A stretch of DNA of 60,104 nt, the filler included, from Sphacelaria rigidula (Eukaryota): NCBI GenBank assembly GCA_964200075.2. It is 6 parts of 6 records of this genome, joined end to end, with 100 filler letters (N's around TTAATTAATTAA, not from the genome) between each part and the next. Parts side by side here need not be neighbours in the genome. Positions count along the whole stretch, not along the records: positions 30,105 to 40,038 come from CAXNAA020007460.1; positions 40,139 to 50,071 come from CAXNAA020007461.1; positions 50,172 to 60,104 come from CAXNAA020007462.1; 3 more parts are not named here. One strand, 5' to 3'. Within the stretch, counting starts at the first letter, position 1. Each line of letters starts with the position of its first letter. The position numbers and the translations under genes were made by a program. Below the pieces are notes generated by a model, which made no database searches, was not told the DNA's origin, and saw only the letters and a list, made by a program, of their open reading frames with translations. Positions 37,241 through 50,549 of this stretch are shown here, one piece after another.

Positions 37241-40038
37241 AATATACCCTAACCCTACAAAAACAGCATCGTTTCTAGGCCTGTGAACTAGCAGCTCTGG
37301 TCAGTTAGGTTCAAATTGACCGCATCAGTGGCCAGTACATCGATGTTTTTTCAGTTAATCGCCCCCCCCCGGCTGGTGAGAGGGGTCTGGCGGGAGCGCC
37401 GACCGAGGCAAAAAATCACTGTGTTTGACTCACTTCCCCTTCCAAAATCGTAAATAGTTGTAAAAAATGTAACCACTCACATTGACCAGCCAAGAGGCTT
37501 GTACTGCTCGAAAATAACAACGTGGTGAGCGATTCGAACATCATCCATCTGTAGTGTGCAGCAGCAGAAACTCTCCATGAGGAGTGGACGACGGAAACAA
37601 GTAGGCCGAGGCTGGCAGTACCCGGGGGCAAGAGCGCAAAATTCTCCACCCCCGGACCAAACCAAACGCCTGTCGTTGAATAGAATGCTTGTGTGTTTTG
37701 TGAACGCGGGTTATCGTTTGTTAATTTTTCTCGGATGAGGTGTATATCTGCTGCATCACTTCGAGGTGTAGTGTGCATGTCCTGCATGATCTTCAGAACG
37801 CTCTTCACCATGCAATTGGCAATTGGGGGTTGGCGTTCGGCACTTCCGCATCAAGCTTCCCACCGTAAATAAGTCACGCTTCTTCTTATTTCTTAATTTT
37901 CCTCATTCGACTGACCAACCGTCGGCCTACCCGCTATTGTCGATAGATGGAAAACTGCAGAACAACAAGGTACCAACGAAGTTTGTGGTACCTGTATTAC
38001 TGTAGAGTCCCGACTTCAATCGTACAATCTAATTATGTGCAGTGTTTCTCTGTTATATATTCACATTAACCAAAACTATTGTAAAAATACCCGGTCCCGA
38101 CAAACCCCCAGATAAACTGGACAACTGGCGCTCTCGTAGCCATTTCCAGTGTAGCTCCAGTTACACTGGAGATAGACAGTAATACTTGGTCCAGTTCCCA
38201 GCCCAATTGATGTATGTGTTCGGTGTACTTTCCCATCGGAGTTGACACCATCCAAATTCAGCCCAAATTTCAACACACATGGAGAACGGTTCGCTGGAAG
38301 AGGACCTCCCACCTTCTGTGTTTACGCAATACAACTCACTTCTACATGCTTTACTTGCTTGTTCGCCTCGGTCCTATACTCAAAACCTGATAGTAGAAAA
38401 TGCCACAAATACTAACAGGACGGTGGTTCTACCACGGTAAGGTGATCAAGGAGTACCCCTCAAATTTCAGCTTTCGACTCTTAGACGGGCCGTGCAAAGG
38501 TGGTCAACCGCCCGAAAATGCTTCAGACTAGCTCAGCTCGTAACGTGATTACCGAAAGCAATCTATTATCCAACTTTTTCTAACCCCTTGATATCATTGC
38601 TTCCAACATCCGTTGGTCACGCATTCGCTCACGGTTCAACTACGTTTCCTTCCGTACTTTCCTCGCTGGACTTTCCGCAACCGCCCCTTCGTCCTCCTCC
38701 CTAGTCGTTCGACATCAACAGGTGCTCCGTGTGCATCACCAATCTCTCTGTATCCCAGGGAACGAAGCCAGTACCGAAGGGCGCCAAGAAATAGGTCCCC
38801 TTCCTCTACCTTGCGTGTGGCGTGGACATCGGCGTCAGTACCGCCGCATGACCGACCCCACCGGCGGTAAAGACAGAGTATACGCTCACGCCGACGACCG
38901 CAATTGCGTTGAGACCCTAGTCAAAGCGGACGAGAACAGTTATCATCCTTGCTACGAATGCAGAGTCCCCCCAACCTCGAAACCCCTCTTTGACCTATCA
39001 GCGGGGGATAATGACGAAGACTGCATAAGGTGTCAAATCTACTTCCACGACACCCGTGCTGAGCTCTTGTCTGATTTCCAACGGCACTTGCTCCAACAAA
39101 AAGAGGCCTTTGCCTCGAGAAACGACAACTCCATTCCTCTGAAAGTACCGCAGAACACTACCTGTTCCCCCTGCTTCCTCCCGGAGAGAACCCCGTGACG
39201 CCACCAAGCAAAATGACCCTCAACCCCACAAAAAACAACCCAACTCGACTCGACAGGGTACCCGGCCTACGGCCACCAGGAGCGGAGCCGGACACTGAAC
39301 CACCGCCTACGGTAGGCATCACCACCATACATTCCTTTTCCCCGTTTAACCCCCCCCTCTACCGTGTATGGTCCCATTTTCATTCTGCCCTCTCCCACCT
39401 TCATCAATGCTTGCTTTTATAGGTGGCAACCTTTTTTGTGCTTTCAACATGCCTTAGTGGAATCGCCAGCCTCCACGCTTGTTCACTTCTCGTTGTTCCT
39501 TTACATCTGCCCCTTGCCTACCTTCTTTATACTGCGATGCGTTCCAAAACCAGATGCCTACATTCAAAGCATGACCGACTTCTTCATATTCGACATCATT
39601 CACGTCAGCTTTCGGCAGCATCTGTGACTGTCCAGCGACTTCGCTTCTTCTCATTTTGGGCTCCGTTTCTTTCGGCGTTGTGTCGTCTCATATGCCTGAG
39701 CTTCAGCTTTCTTTGCTCGTACAGAAACGTGGTGAAATCAACTTCCACCTTCCGTGCCTACTCTTTTTTTCCCCGACGCTTTTGGGAGCCAAGACGGGGG
39801 GGAAGAGGAGTGTCCTGGATTCTAAATGGAGCTGCGAGTAGTCAAAACATGACGAATTATATGATTTCAGGGCGGGAAGATCAAGTTTCTCGAACTTGGA
39901 TTAGCTCAGGGAAGTTACACTGAACTCGTAACAGGGTGATCAAGTCGCTTGATATTGATGTTGAGTCAGGTCAAACAGTGTTTTCGTGAGATTGAGAGTA
40001 GATGATACGATTGAGAGTGGCTTTGATCATTCGCTTCA

Positions 40039-40138
40039 NNNNNNNNNNNNNNNNNNNNNNNNNNNNNNNNNNNNNNNNNNNNTTAATTAATTAANNNNNN
40101 NNNNNNNNNNNNNNNNNNNNNNNNNNNNNNNNNNNNNN
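40039..40138. other. Artificial contig spacer
   Basis: N run with central TTAATTAATTAA. Confidence 0.99.
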
Positions 40139-40845
40139 AGCCCCTGAACCAGACAAAATATCGCGAAAAAAGTACACCCTACCGTAGCATTGCTCACGGC
40201 ATCTTGCCAACGCAGGACCCCCAACGTATATCTACGTGGGCAGGAGAAACACTATCGCTGACCCCAGACGAAGCCAATGGCGCATGTTATGCATTCACGA
40301 CAGTGGAATCTTTGACCTTCAAGTGCAACTACTTTACGTCAATATGGCGTATTCCAGACATTCGATATCACGCCGACCACGAATTCAGACCTTACGGGTG
40401 ATCGTGTTGAGAACAACACGGCGGTGCTTCAAAAGCGACTCGGGGTTATAGCACCCACAACCACCCCGAAAGAAGCAACAGCACAGGGTGCAGACCTCTA
40501 TCGTTGAGCAAGCGTCTGAAAACAACACTCAATATGGCATCAAACCCAAAAGCATGAGGAAATGTAGCACATGGTGCCAGCTAACATGTCTGGAAGGTAT
40601 TCGTAATAGTCGAAGCGAAGGTTTACGCCTTGACGTTGACGCGTGACTCGTAAGGTATAACAAGCAAACTTGCAAGCCTGTGAGAAGTATGCTAGAGTAA
40701 ACCTCTTCGACATCGTGGCTACTTGTCTAATATATATATATTATCGAATGGTAGGTTTTAGCGAAAGCGAGACGTGATTTTGGTTTGGTTGACAAAGACA
40801 ATGATTAGAGCAACTCAAAGATTGAGAAAAATATGTCATGCCTAC

Positions 40846-43436
40846 CTGCCGGCTCATTTCGTTGCGCCGGCACACTTCATCTCCCAGAAGCTCCCTTAGG
40901 ATGCCTTTCACTTCCGTGCTGTTGGGCTCCAGCTCTTCCGCACGTATCGCTAGCTCGCGGGCCCTGGCCGGCAAGAAATACACACGAGTGGAAGGATCGA
41001 TATCATCCGAAGCTTGGAAAGCGCAATGAAACGTGCTGGACTGTGATGTGATAGAGGACGCAATGCATCGCGAAGCCGTCTGCGTTAACGCTGGGGACAA
41101 CACATCGGCGACACGGTAGCTTTGGTGCGAAAAACGTAGCTATATTCCCATGCTGTTACTGTTGGGGCTTAGATTGTGGAATGCTCTTGTCGCTGAGCCA
41201 TGACCGTTGAATCGCTCTGTTCCACTTCACGAAAGGCTTAGGGGCACAGGAAGGGTGGGGTTTAAAGTTCGAGCTTGCTTGAAACCGCAAAACTCCATGC
41301 CAAAACCGAAAGTAGAAATGATGCAGCAACGGAAAGCAACCAATCGCGTCTAACTGGAAGGGGAGCTGAACGGGCGAATGTAACGCGGTGCGATGTGGTG
41401 GAGCATCGAGGAGAGGGAAGGGAGGCGATACAACCCACAGGGAACCATGAACAAACCCCAGCAAGTGTGTGGCTATGAGCTACCGTGCCGGCTACTTCAT
41501 CTTCTTCTTTAAAGCGGATGCTGGAAAGCCATGACATTTGTGTGACTCTGAAATGTTCGCGAGACCGAGGTGCTACTTCGTATTAGGCACAGCTCTTATG
41601 TCGGAGTTTGTGTATAAAAATACTATCGCTTGAGATTTTTTGAGAGATTCCAGATAACGCAAAGCGAAGTGGTCATCGCAAGGCAATGCGGTCACCGAAT
41701 GCTGTATCGTCCATGATAGGGGATATGCGGGGCGTGTCCAGAGTGGAATAGATTGCATGCGTTCACCTATCTCCGGGAACAAACATGCAATGAAGCAGCA
41801 AAACGCTTGTCCTGCGCTGCTGAAAGGAGTGTGAGACATGTCTCAAAATTGTGCTAGTGCCTTGGCGGTGGAAGTGTCCAACGATCGGATCAATGAATGG
41901 TTCGTCTGGAAAATACTCATTTTTAGTGTCATTGATTCGTACCGTACGAATCAATCCTTGAGCTTTGTTTTCAGCGTTGCAACCCAGGTACACGCAGCCC
42001 AGGCACGTGGAATGGCGCAAAACACTCCGTGGAGACGTTTTTAACCAGTGGTCAAAAGTTTTGTCTCTCCTTCGAGAAAACAAGTCTGAAAAATCGTGGA
42101 TGTGGTGATTCGAACTGGCGATGATTCGTCCGAACCGTGAAAGTATCATCCTGAATCCGGTGATAGGTGGGTTTGTCAGTTAGGAAAGCTTCATTTTCCA
42201 CGCAACGACCTTGTAGCTCCCTGAACAAAAATCGAGATGAAGTATGCCCACGTTTCAGCGAGCTGTAGATTCGTACCGGAGACATCGCGGCGTTTACCAT
42301 TCCACGGGGCCCAAACCTACCTAAACCTCCATGATGTTATCGTATGGCTTACCAGACCCATTCAAGGGTTACTTTTTCACCAGCAAGGGACGAACGCGTT
42401 ATGAAAACACGTTTTAACCCTTGTTCGGCATCGCCGGACAATCGTTCGGTGTGTTTTTGTTTTTCTCCTGCTGCCAGAGATGGATCAAAGCATAAGATCG
42501 TTCTCGCTCTGGAGACGCCTAGCATATGCGCTATCGCGAGAAAATACAGCGTGTGATCACCTGAACTTCTTGCGGAGTCTTGCGTTTCTCGAAAAATCTT
42601 ACGCAATAATATTTTCTCCACACGAATTGAGGCGTCAAATCATTACCAGCGCAGAAGTCGAAGGTATGTGACACAGGAACCCCCACATGCAATGTTATAT
42701 TGTCATCAAAGCTTCCAGGCGGACTACCTCCCCTCCAGGCGATTCTTGTGTAACCCATATTGCCTGGATTTGCCATGCTGTGCTAGGAATATCTCCCCTC
42801 GGAAACAGTTTCTCTAGTGCTGGTCTAAATATTTTCACAGCGCAAAATATTATCAGCACGTATCCTCCACGTCCGGCACTACTGCGACATATGACACGAT
42901 ACATTCACCACGAGACTCCAACTGTGGCACGTGTTTGCGGAAATATATTCACGAAATTATCATCTACGAGTGAGGTACTGCATGCCCATGAAAATACCGC
43001 GCGGTAATCAAGCGCCAGCATTTTCCTCCGCGACATTTTGTGCGATAAATTGATCGTAGCGAGGGTAGCAGCATGGGAGAAAGAGGAAGATGCTATGGTC
43101 TTGGTGGGCTATGTGCTCAATCGAGTGGGTGGAAATCGACACTTTTCTTGAAGTTGCTGACGCGAACATAAGTCATCATCCTACCACTTTTGCGCGCTAA
43201 AACGTCCGAGTACAGTTTTGTATTCTTTTAATATAGAGCTATTCGCCGGAGTGGAAAACGCACAACCACTGACCTTTGTTCATAGACGGATTTTGACGCG
43301 ATATTTTCATTGACACAAGTGTCGACATCACCCGCACACTCATCTTCGGAAAGCTGGGGGCGGACCACGTGGTCGTTAGAGAAATCATCTACCCTAGTTG
43401 GCACTGCTCTCCGTAGAAGACGTTCCAGTTCACACA
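40846..43436 (-). CDS. Candidate small exons of an unknown gene, one with a TPR-like C-terminal helix pattern
   Basis: Exon-like 40963-40846 (ARELAIRAEELEPNSTEVKGILRELLG...SRQ, cag/gtaggc) and 43436-43274 (CELERLLRRAVP...VYEQ, cag/gtcagt). Intervening exons are not resolved. Confidence 0.4.
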
Positions 43437-46400
43437 CTGAGGATAATTTTCATGACCAAAGGAATTCATCCTACACGCTGACAGAATAACATCCATACTG
43501 ACTCAACAACTGCTCCACCCGTCGTGTAAGAAGATGTGAATCGTTGTGGGTCTGAATAAATAAATGAATTTCACTTTATATGATCCCCGAAATATACAAT
43601 CAACAGTTTTGGACGCCTGTTGGTTTTCCGAGCGCCCTTTTTTGCGTGGTATCAACATATCCCATTCAACAGCCCCAAACACGGTTTCCTTGTTCGTCGG
43701 TGTTATATCTTCAGGTGTTGTGTGAAAGCTGAATGGATTGTGTGGCAACCACATGGATCTCCTGAATTGCCTAGTTCATTACATGTATTTATCGAGGAAA
43801 CCTACGAAGAGCAAAACTCACAGGATTCTGAAAATGTCAATAAATGATCATCGTGGTCCTATGGGAAGGCCCGAAATTTACGAGTGCATAAACTTTCGTT
43901 TTCGTTTTAGCTGGACAGATATCGCACGGTTTCGAAATGAGCACAGGATACTGCGTGAACGATGCGTGCGTATGGGAATGAGATCAATGTTCGTCTCGAA
44001 CAGAAGCATTCGACCAAGAATGTGGACTGCAAACGTCCTAGTGCATGCCATGATCCGACGCTCAGACTTGGGAAGCACCACTCCTACGAACTATGCACCT
44101 CTCGAATCGCTGGAAGCTGGCATAAGCCTCCGCGGCGTCCATGAGTTCCGAAAATCCAAGACCGTTAACCGCATCCTTCCGACATGCGGCACCAGGGGTA
44201 CCCTGCCACATAGCAGCCTACGCGTGGAGGCATATCAAACACCGAGAGGGGCGTTCGGTAGAGTTGTCAAAATTGGGCGCTCGCTAAATCACATCAAAGG
44301 GAGAGTTGTTTGCCACCACCGTCAATCGAAGCCCTACATCACGTTTGGAAGTACTGCCATAAGATAACATTTGTTTGCAGGCTTGGGGCTGCAGCATACA
44401 AGCGAGCCGGCCATGATGTAAGCCTGGCAGGCGAGGCGTATGTCGGGTGTTTTTTTTATGGTCAGACTGCCCCGATTAGGGTGGAAACAACGTGGGTTCG
44501 ACTCCTGGGAGATGCTGCGTTGGTTGTTTTCTTCGAACTATCTGATTTTCACCGTCGAAAGCGAGTGTACGTGAGTTGACAAAAGATACTTGACGGAGTT
44601 TGTTCGACGAGAGTAGACGCGGTGCGGGAGCGCTGACCCAATCTGTGAGATCAAGGTGCAAGGGATGTACCGGGCAGAGATGAATTGATGCCTTGAGACT
44701 ATCGACTTATCCCGAGGAAGGAGAGGGCTTGAAAGTACGTCCAAAATAGAAAAATTGAGCATGTTCTGAGTGGGCCAATGTAGGTGCATCCCATGCGCAG
44801 ATGTAGAAATACTCGTTTATCACATTTCGCAGAACATCGATCGTGAACAAGGTGGCGTGTTTCATACAGCCCTTCTAACCGCTGTATCTGTATCTGTATC
44901 CTCCAAGACCAGTAGTCCTACTTGTTCAAAGATGTATCGTCTGTCACCATCGAGGATGTTATGTAAGTGTGATCCGAGAGTACACCGAGATGGTTGTACC
45001 GTGGTAGCGCACTGCCTGTTGTCGCATCATTCTTTCTGACATCTTGCTTCTACGTCATCATCGTGTTGGACGTGGAACGCTGTTCGAACCTACCTCGACC
45101 GGCAAAACCGCCACTATGTGGTAAGGTTCAAATCACTTCCAGCATACTTATATCGTGCGTTTCTCCATGACATTTTCAGTTCTTCGCCACGACCTCATGC
45201 TCAGTTAGCCACTCGTCTTACCTGATCCTCGAGTGACCTCACGCACCGTTCCATCGTTTTAGTTTTACTATATCACACGTCGGACGGTTTGAGCATTGTA
45301 CTTTCAAAATAATGTGGTGTGGAGGATATCTCTTTGCAGTGTCATATCAGAGACTGATGCCACACATGTATGCAGACCCAGCGCAAGCAGGGACAAGGTA
45401 GGTACGTTCCGGAAGGACCAGATCACCGAGAACCCTGTTCTGCTGACGTAACTAGACAACTCGGAGTGATGCCAGGAAGAGCCTAATACAGGACGGTCCA
45501 ACATCTCCCGAGGCCCTGGTCGCCCATGGCGACCACTTCTCGTCTGACCCCACTCCTTGCCCACATATACAAGAGGAAATCATCGCCAGCCTCGGAGTTC
45601 CTTCGGCATCAGGACGGCAGTCTCCCCCCATAGGTCTATGATCACTCTAACGACACGCTTTCCTCACACTGGCGACACCAGAACAGAACTCAAACAAGAC
45701 AGGCCTTAGAAGTAAAAAATTGGAGCGAGAACCGACTGCTCCCCGACAGCGGAAATACTAGGCCCCCCCAAGGAACGCTACTCCAGGTGAAACGTATGGG
45801 TCATGTACTTAATTATTCTAGTTGGGAAGCTATTGGAGTCATGTATTTGGATCAACGCGAAATTTGCCCCCTCAATGTGCCTTCATATGTCAACCGCATG
45901 ACTAATCAAAGAGCGAAACGCGAGTTCAGACTCCTCAGGGTGCAGTATATATATATATATATGTCACCTGTACAGTTAGTCAAACAGCGAAAACGCAAAA
46001 TTAGTCTATTCAGTGGTCATTACATGTCACCAGAACGACTGATACAACAGCGGATCCACAATCAACCAACCTTCCACCACCGTCACGCGAAAGGCACGGC
46101 AATTAATCAAGCAGGCCGACCTCTGGAAATGCGGTGACTCGAAATAGCATCAACAAATAAGTTACCCAACCTGCGAATGCACGACCTTGTCATTCCCTAC
46201 CAGGTAGCGAATGAAAGAAAGGGGTGTATTGGATGATCTTACAGGATCCCAGCCCCCAGGCTGACAGAAGTGAAAAGTACAGACCGTTCAAGGTCCCACA
46301 CCTCACCACGTATGAAATGTAGGATGTCTCAACCGTCTGGTGAAGAAAACATATCGAAGGAATGCGGGTTTCTCGGTCAGTACAATAACTCACTCCTCCA

Positions 46401-47469
46401 GAAGGGCACCAAAACAGCCCTCAGTTGTGGTGCGAAAATACAAACTAGGAGCAGAAGCTGGAAAGAGCACGATGAGAGTAGATTTCTAAGCAGCCGTCAG
46501 AGCAGCCGTGAAAAAATTGATACACCACACAAAGGGCTTTCATCGCCGAAATTGAAGCTCAGCTTGTGGAGGCTCTCATCATGTTACATTCTCCGCCGTA
46601 CCCTAATGAATCGGCAACGTTACATTCCGCGCGGACAAGTTTTCAACCGGCAGCCAGAAAAACAGCGATGTTTTAAGCAGGGGCTGTTGACTCCAAATCG
46701 AAACACCAGTCTCCCCTTTGCAACCTGATCTTGGACGATCACTGTTATGACTCATAACAACGCATCATCACCCGCCAGGTGTACAGATGCACCCCTAGCG
46801 CTATCCTGGGCATCAGCCGCGTTAGAGTCGCAGCCAGAGGAAACGGTACCCTCGCTGAAAAAATCACAACTGATTCCGCAGCAGGATGTACAGGGTATCA
46901 GCAGAAGTTCATCGATGAACATTTGGCCATCATGGCAGCTGATATGAAGTCAGTACCGCCAGGACCCACCGATCTCAGAAACGCGGAATAAAAAATCCGA
47001 GGGTTCCGGCATAGAATGGCAGCATTAATTGAAACAGAAAATACCTCGTGAACAACAACAACAACTGTCGTGCAGCCACGCATAATAACCGAGGAGGACA
47101 CTCGATCGCCGGATGTACGTCAAGCAGTCACGCGCATCAGCGTTTCAAGGACAGCAGGCACGAAGTAGGTGACGAACAAAAAACAGAAATGGTACAAATT
47201 ACCAACCTGTCGAGTCCACATGTAAACCCCGGAAAAACTTAATGATAATGATAAGAGACAAGAACGGAGAGACTTCATGTTATTCCGGACGTGCGCACGC
47301 AATGTCAAGGCTGCCAACACCGGAAAACGGTCCACAACCGGCCAAACTATTTGCCGATGAGACACGTTACAGTAGGACGGCTATACGAAAGAGTGTCAGA
47401 AAATCTAGTCGAATGAAAAACAACTTCGATGTCAAACGCTGGAGTACTAGGTAAATATGTACTGTCCGT

Positions 47470-48240
47470 ATTGGACCACCTCAAAAGGTATGCTTTGCTC
47501 ATTCCAGTGCCGAAAAAACAGACCACATCAATATAGCCAAAACTATTATTGACAGAGTCTTTACTGCATTTGGCATCCCGGGAAAGCTGCGTTCGAATTA
47601 AAGAACCGAAATCGGGAACAAGCTAACATATGCATGGCAACAGGAGCTGGGTTTCAGTAAACCTGGCACGGCACTTTTACACCCACAAAGTGACCCAGTG
47701 TCGGAACGGATCCACTCCACTATGCACTCGATGTTGGCTAGGGTTAGGTCAATTGGAGACGAAAATCGGGCACCCATACTTCCATTCATCCAAATGGTGT
47801 ACAACACATCCTATCACAGTACAGTACAGGAGATTCCATATTATTTATTATTCGGAAGACAGCCCAGATCACCAAGTGACATCATAGTCAGCATACCTGA
47901 AGAGCCAAGCAGCAACAACCGAAGAATTTTCCAAAGAAACACGGGAAAACCTACAGTTTGGATTTTGAATTGCGAGACCAGCCCTACGAGAAGAGCGAAC
48001 CACCAAGAAAACCAGAACAAGTTTACATTTTTCACGGCGTTCAAACACAGTTAAAAGGTACTCTTGTACCTACCATACCAGGACTCAAGAAGGCCGAGCC
48101 TGAAACTCCAATCTAGATGGAGAGGACCTTTAATGGTAACCGAGAGACGATCGCCGGTTGCATACATAATCAAAATAGGCGACGACTCTAGAAAAACGTC
48201 AGTACATCTCGCTCATTTGAAGAAATATCAACCGCGAGAA
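47470..48240 (+). pseudogene. Degenerate gypsy integrase (core plus GPY/F region)
   Basis: DHLKRYALLIPVP...IIDRVFTAFGIPGKL, SERIHSTMHSML...LPFIQMVYNTSYHSTVQEIPYYLLFGRQPRSP and KLQSRWRGPLMV...VHLAHLKKY lie in shifting frames. Confidence 0.88.
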
Positions 48241-48319
48241 ACAGCGCCGGCACCGGACTTTGACAAAGGGTTAGCTGAATGCTCATACCCAGACTCGGAA
48301 TCCAAAACTACAGGGAAAC

Positions 48320-49620
48320 AGAAACAGATGTGACTGTTTAACAGACTGTTTGAGCGTCCTAGCAAAACGCTCAAAGGGTGAGCAGTAACCTGAGATCAAA
48401 ATTCGGAGATTATTGAGACTCAAAAGCTACAGCCCAACAGTTGACCTAAGCTATCGAGCTGACGAAACAACACAAGGTAGACACCTCCTCAATATATACC
48501 GTCATGACAACGGGTTAGCAAAGCGCTCACATCCGGAGTCTAAAACCAAAAATACCGGGTAACGGAAACGGATGTGACTGTTCAGCAGATTGTTCGAGCG
48601 TCCTAGCAACACGCTCAAGGGTTGAGCAGTAGCCCGGAGTCACAACTCGGAGATCAAGGAGAGTCACAAGAGAAGAAAACGAAAAAACAACGTTAGAACA
48701 ATGCAGACATGAACGGAAACATATCTGACATGTCAACGGTGAACGGAGTGCAACTTCCCAAGGAAGATAGGCTCTCAGCAATAGGGGTAGTGCTGATCAT
48801 TTTGACGATGTTTAGACAAAAAAGCACAATGCTCACAGACCGAAAACATCGTATTCACCGCTTTGTTACTAACACGAAGACGCTATACTGTTTCGGTGTC
48901 AGCGGAACCGAAGGAATCCCAGAACCCGGACATGAAAAACCCAGGCGCTCGTGTACCGATCAGTGTCCCAGTGCCCAGGCATGTAGAAACAGTAGGTGCA
49001 TCCAGCACCCAAATGCAACGCATCTTGTGGATTATCACATGGGACACACGTATATGCCACAAAATGATACGAAGCAAAGAACATGTCAATATTTCACCAA
49101 AGAGAACAATGCTCGCAAGATAAACATCGAACCCACCGCTTTGGTACTAACGCGAGGACTTTGTCCTATACTACGGTGTCAGTGGAACCGAAGGTATCCC
49201 AGAACCCGGGCAGAAATACCTCAAGCGCCCGTGGACCGGGTCCGTGTCCCAGTGCCTAGTCAGGTGTACCTAACTGATGCAGCCTGCACCAAAGTGCAAA
49301 AATCATCCCATAAATATTGTGTCGCACATGATGCATCTATTTGACACAATAAAAGAAGCAAATGTCATTTTGACGGTGTTTAGCCAAAAGAGCACAATGC
49401 TCCTAGGTGAAAAACAAAACACATATATGTATCTTCAACACCGCCTTGTTACTAACCCGAGACTCAGCCCTACTCAGGTGTCCGCGGAACCGAAGGCATC
49501 TCAGACCTCGGGCAGGAATAACCCAGGCGCCCGTGGACCGATCAGTGTCCCAGTGCCCAGTCATGTATACCAGCGGATGCAACTAGCATCCAAGTGCAAA
49601 TATATCTGATAGAAACATGT
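48320..49620 (+). repeat. Internal duplications in the retrotransposon 3' region
   Basis: A ~90-bp block at ~48323 and ~48566. A ~200-300-bp block (caccgctttgttactaac...ggaaccgaagg...gtgtcccagtgccca) at ~48795, ~49133 and ~49365. Confidence 0.8.
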
Positions 49621-50071
49621 CACACATGACAGCTACATGACAGAAATGTTTTTTAAAGGGTTTAGAATACATGCACTGCTACTGACCAAATGTAGCTAAA
49701 ATTTACTGGGGGTGTTTACGCAATACCATGATATAGAGAAGGGCTACCTTTGCGATTAGTGGTGGCGTGACTCAATCAATGATTGTCACTCAAAGAAACC
49801 TCCATGATTATATCATAAGCGAAGCTGATGATCGCCTCGTCCCACCGGCCAGAGCCTCGATGGGCTAGAGGCGCATAAAGGGGGGGATACGTGGAGGATA
49901 TCTCTTTGCAGTGTCATATCAGAGACTGATGCCACACATGTATGCAGACCCAGCGCAAGCAGGGACAAGGTAGGTACGTTCCGGAAGGACCAGATCACCG
50001 AGAACCCTGTAATGCCGACGTAACTAGACAACTCGGAGTGATGCCAGGAAGAGCCTAATACAGGACGGTCC

Positions 50072-50171
50072 NNNNNNNNNNNNNNNNNNNNNNNNNNNNN
50101 NNNNNNNNNNNNNNNTTAATTAATTAANNNNNNNNNNNNNNNNNNNNNNNNNNNNNNNNNNNNNNNNNNNN
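50072..50171. other. Artificial contig spacer
   Basis: N run with central TTAATTAATTAA. Confidence 0.99.
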
Positions 50172-50372
50172 TGGGGTTGCAGGGGCGGGCAGCAGAAAGC
50201 GGGGTCCACCCCCGTCTAATACGGCGCGCCCAAAAAAAAAGGGGGGGGGGGGGGGGGGCATAACACCTACAAGCATACAAGGGGTAATCTACTATAAATA
50301 AAGCACCAGCAGCGTCGATGTGATAAAGGGTGCAATGCCCCGTCATACTTGGTCTCGAATAAAGCGACGTAC

Positions 50373-50549
50373 CAGGCAATGTGTCGTCAACATGCGTCGA
50401 TTTAGCAGGTCCGTTCGCCGCCGGGGGTGGCGGTATTGCGGCCGCGTTGTCCACACGTGCTTGCGCTGCTTCTGGTCCAAGGGGGCCACCGACACCCACC
50501 TCAGCTTCACCGCCGCTTTTCACGTGCTTCTGGCTCGTCAGTCCTACAT
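50373..50549 (-). CDS. Isolated low-complexity exon of an unknown gene
   Basis: ccctcag acceptor and gtacgt donor. 177 nt, phase 1/1, GC-rich, encoding VGLTSQKHVKSGGEAEVG...PPPPAANGP...DDTLP. Confidence 0.45.

Larger units (their letters stand above)
45318..50071 (+). mobile_element. Internally deleted Ty3/gypsy LTR retrotransposon (3' LTR cut by the contig end)
   Basis: 5' LTR 45318-45668 (TGTGGAGGA...TCCTCACA), PBS-like TGGCGACACCAG at 45670, integrase remnants at 47470-48240, polypurine tract at 49877-49888 and 3' LTR from 49890. Confidence 0.92.

Noticed and set aside
38722..39198. 158-aa ORF with two CxxC motifs
   Set aside because: No recognisable domain or splice support. It could be a transposon remnant but cannot be supported from the sequence alone.
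48709..49344. 211-aa ORF as a possible env-like gene of the LTR element
   Set aside because: It runs through duplicated non-coding blocks whose other copies are not in frame, and has no envelope-like features.
9936..50171. Regularly spaced TTAATTAATTAA within N runs, and apparent gene neighbourhood (GTPase, kinase, aureochrome)
   Set aside because: Identical 100-bp artificial linkers join length-sorted contigs, so adjacency across them has no biological meaning.
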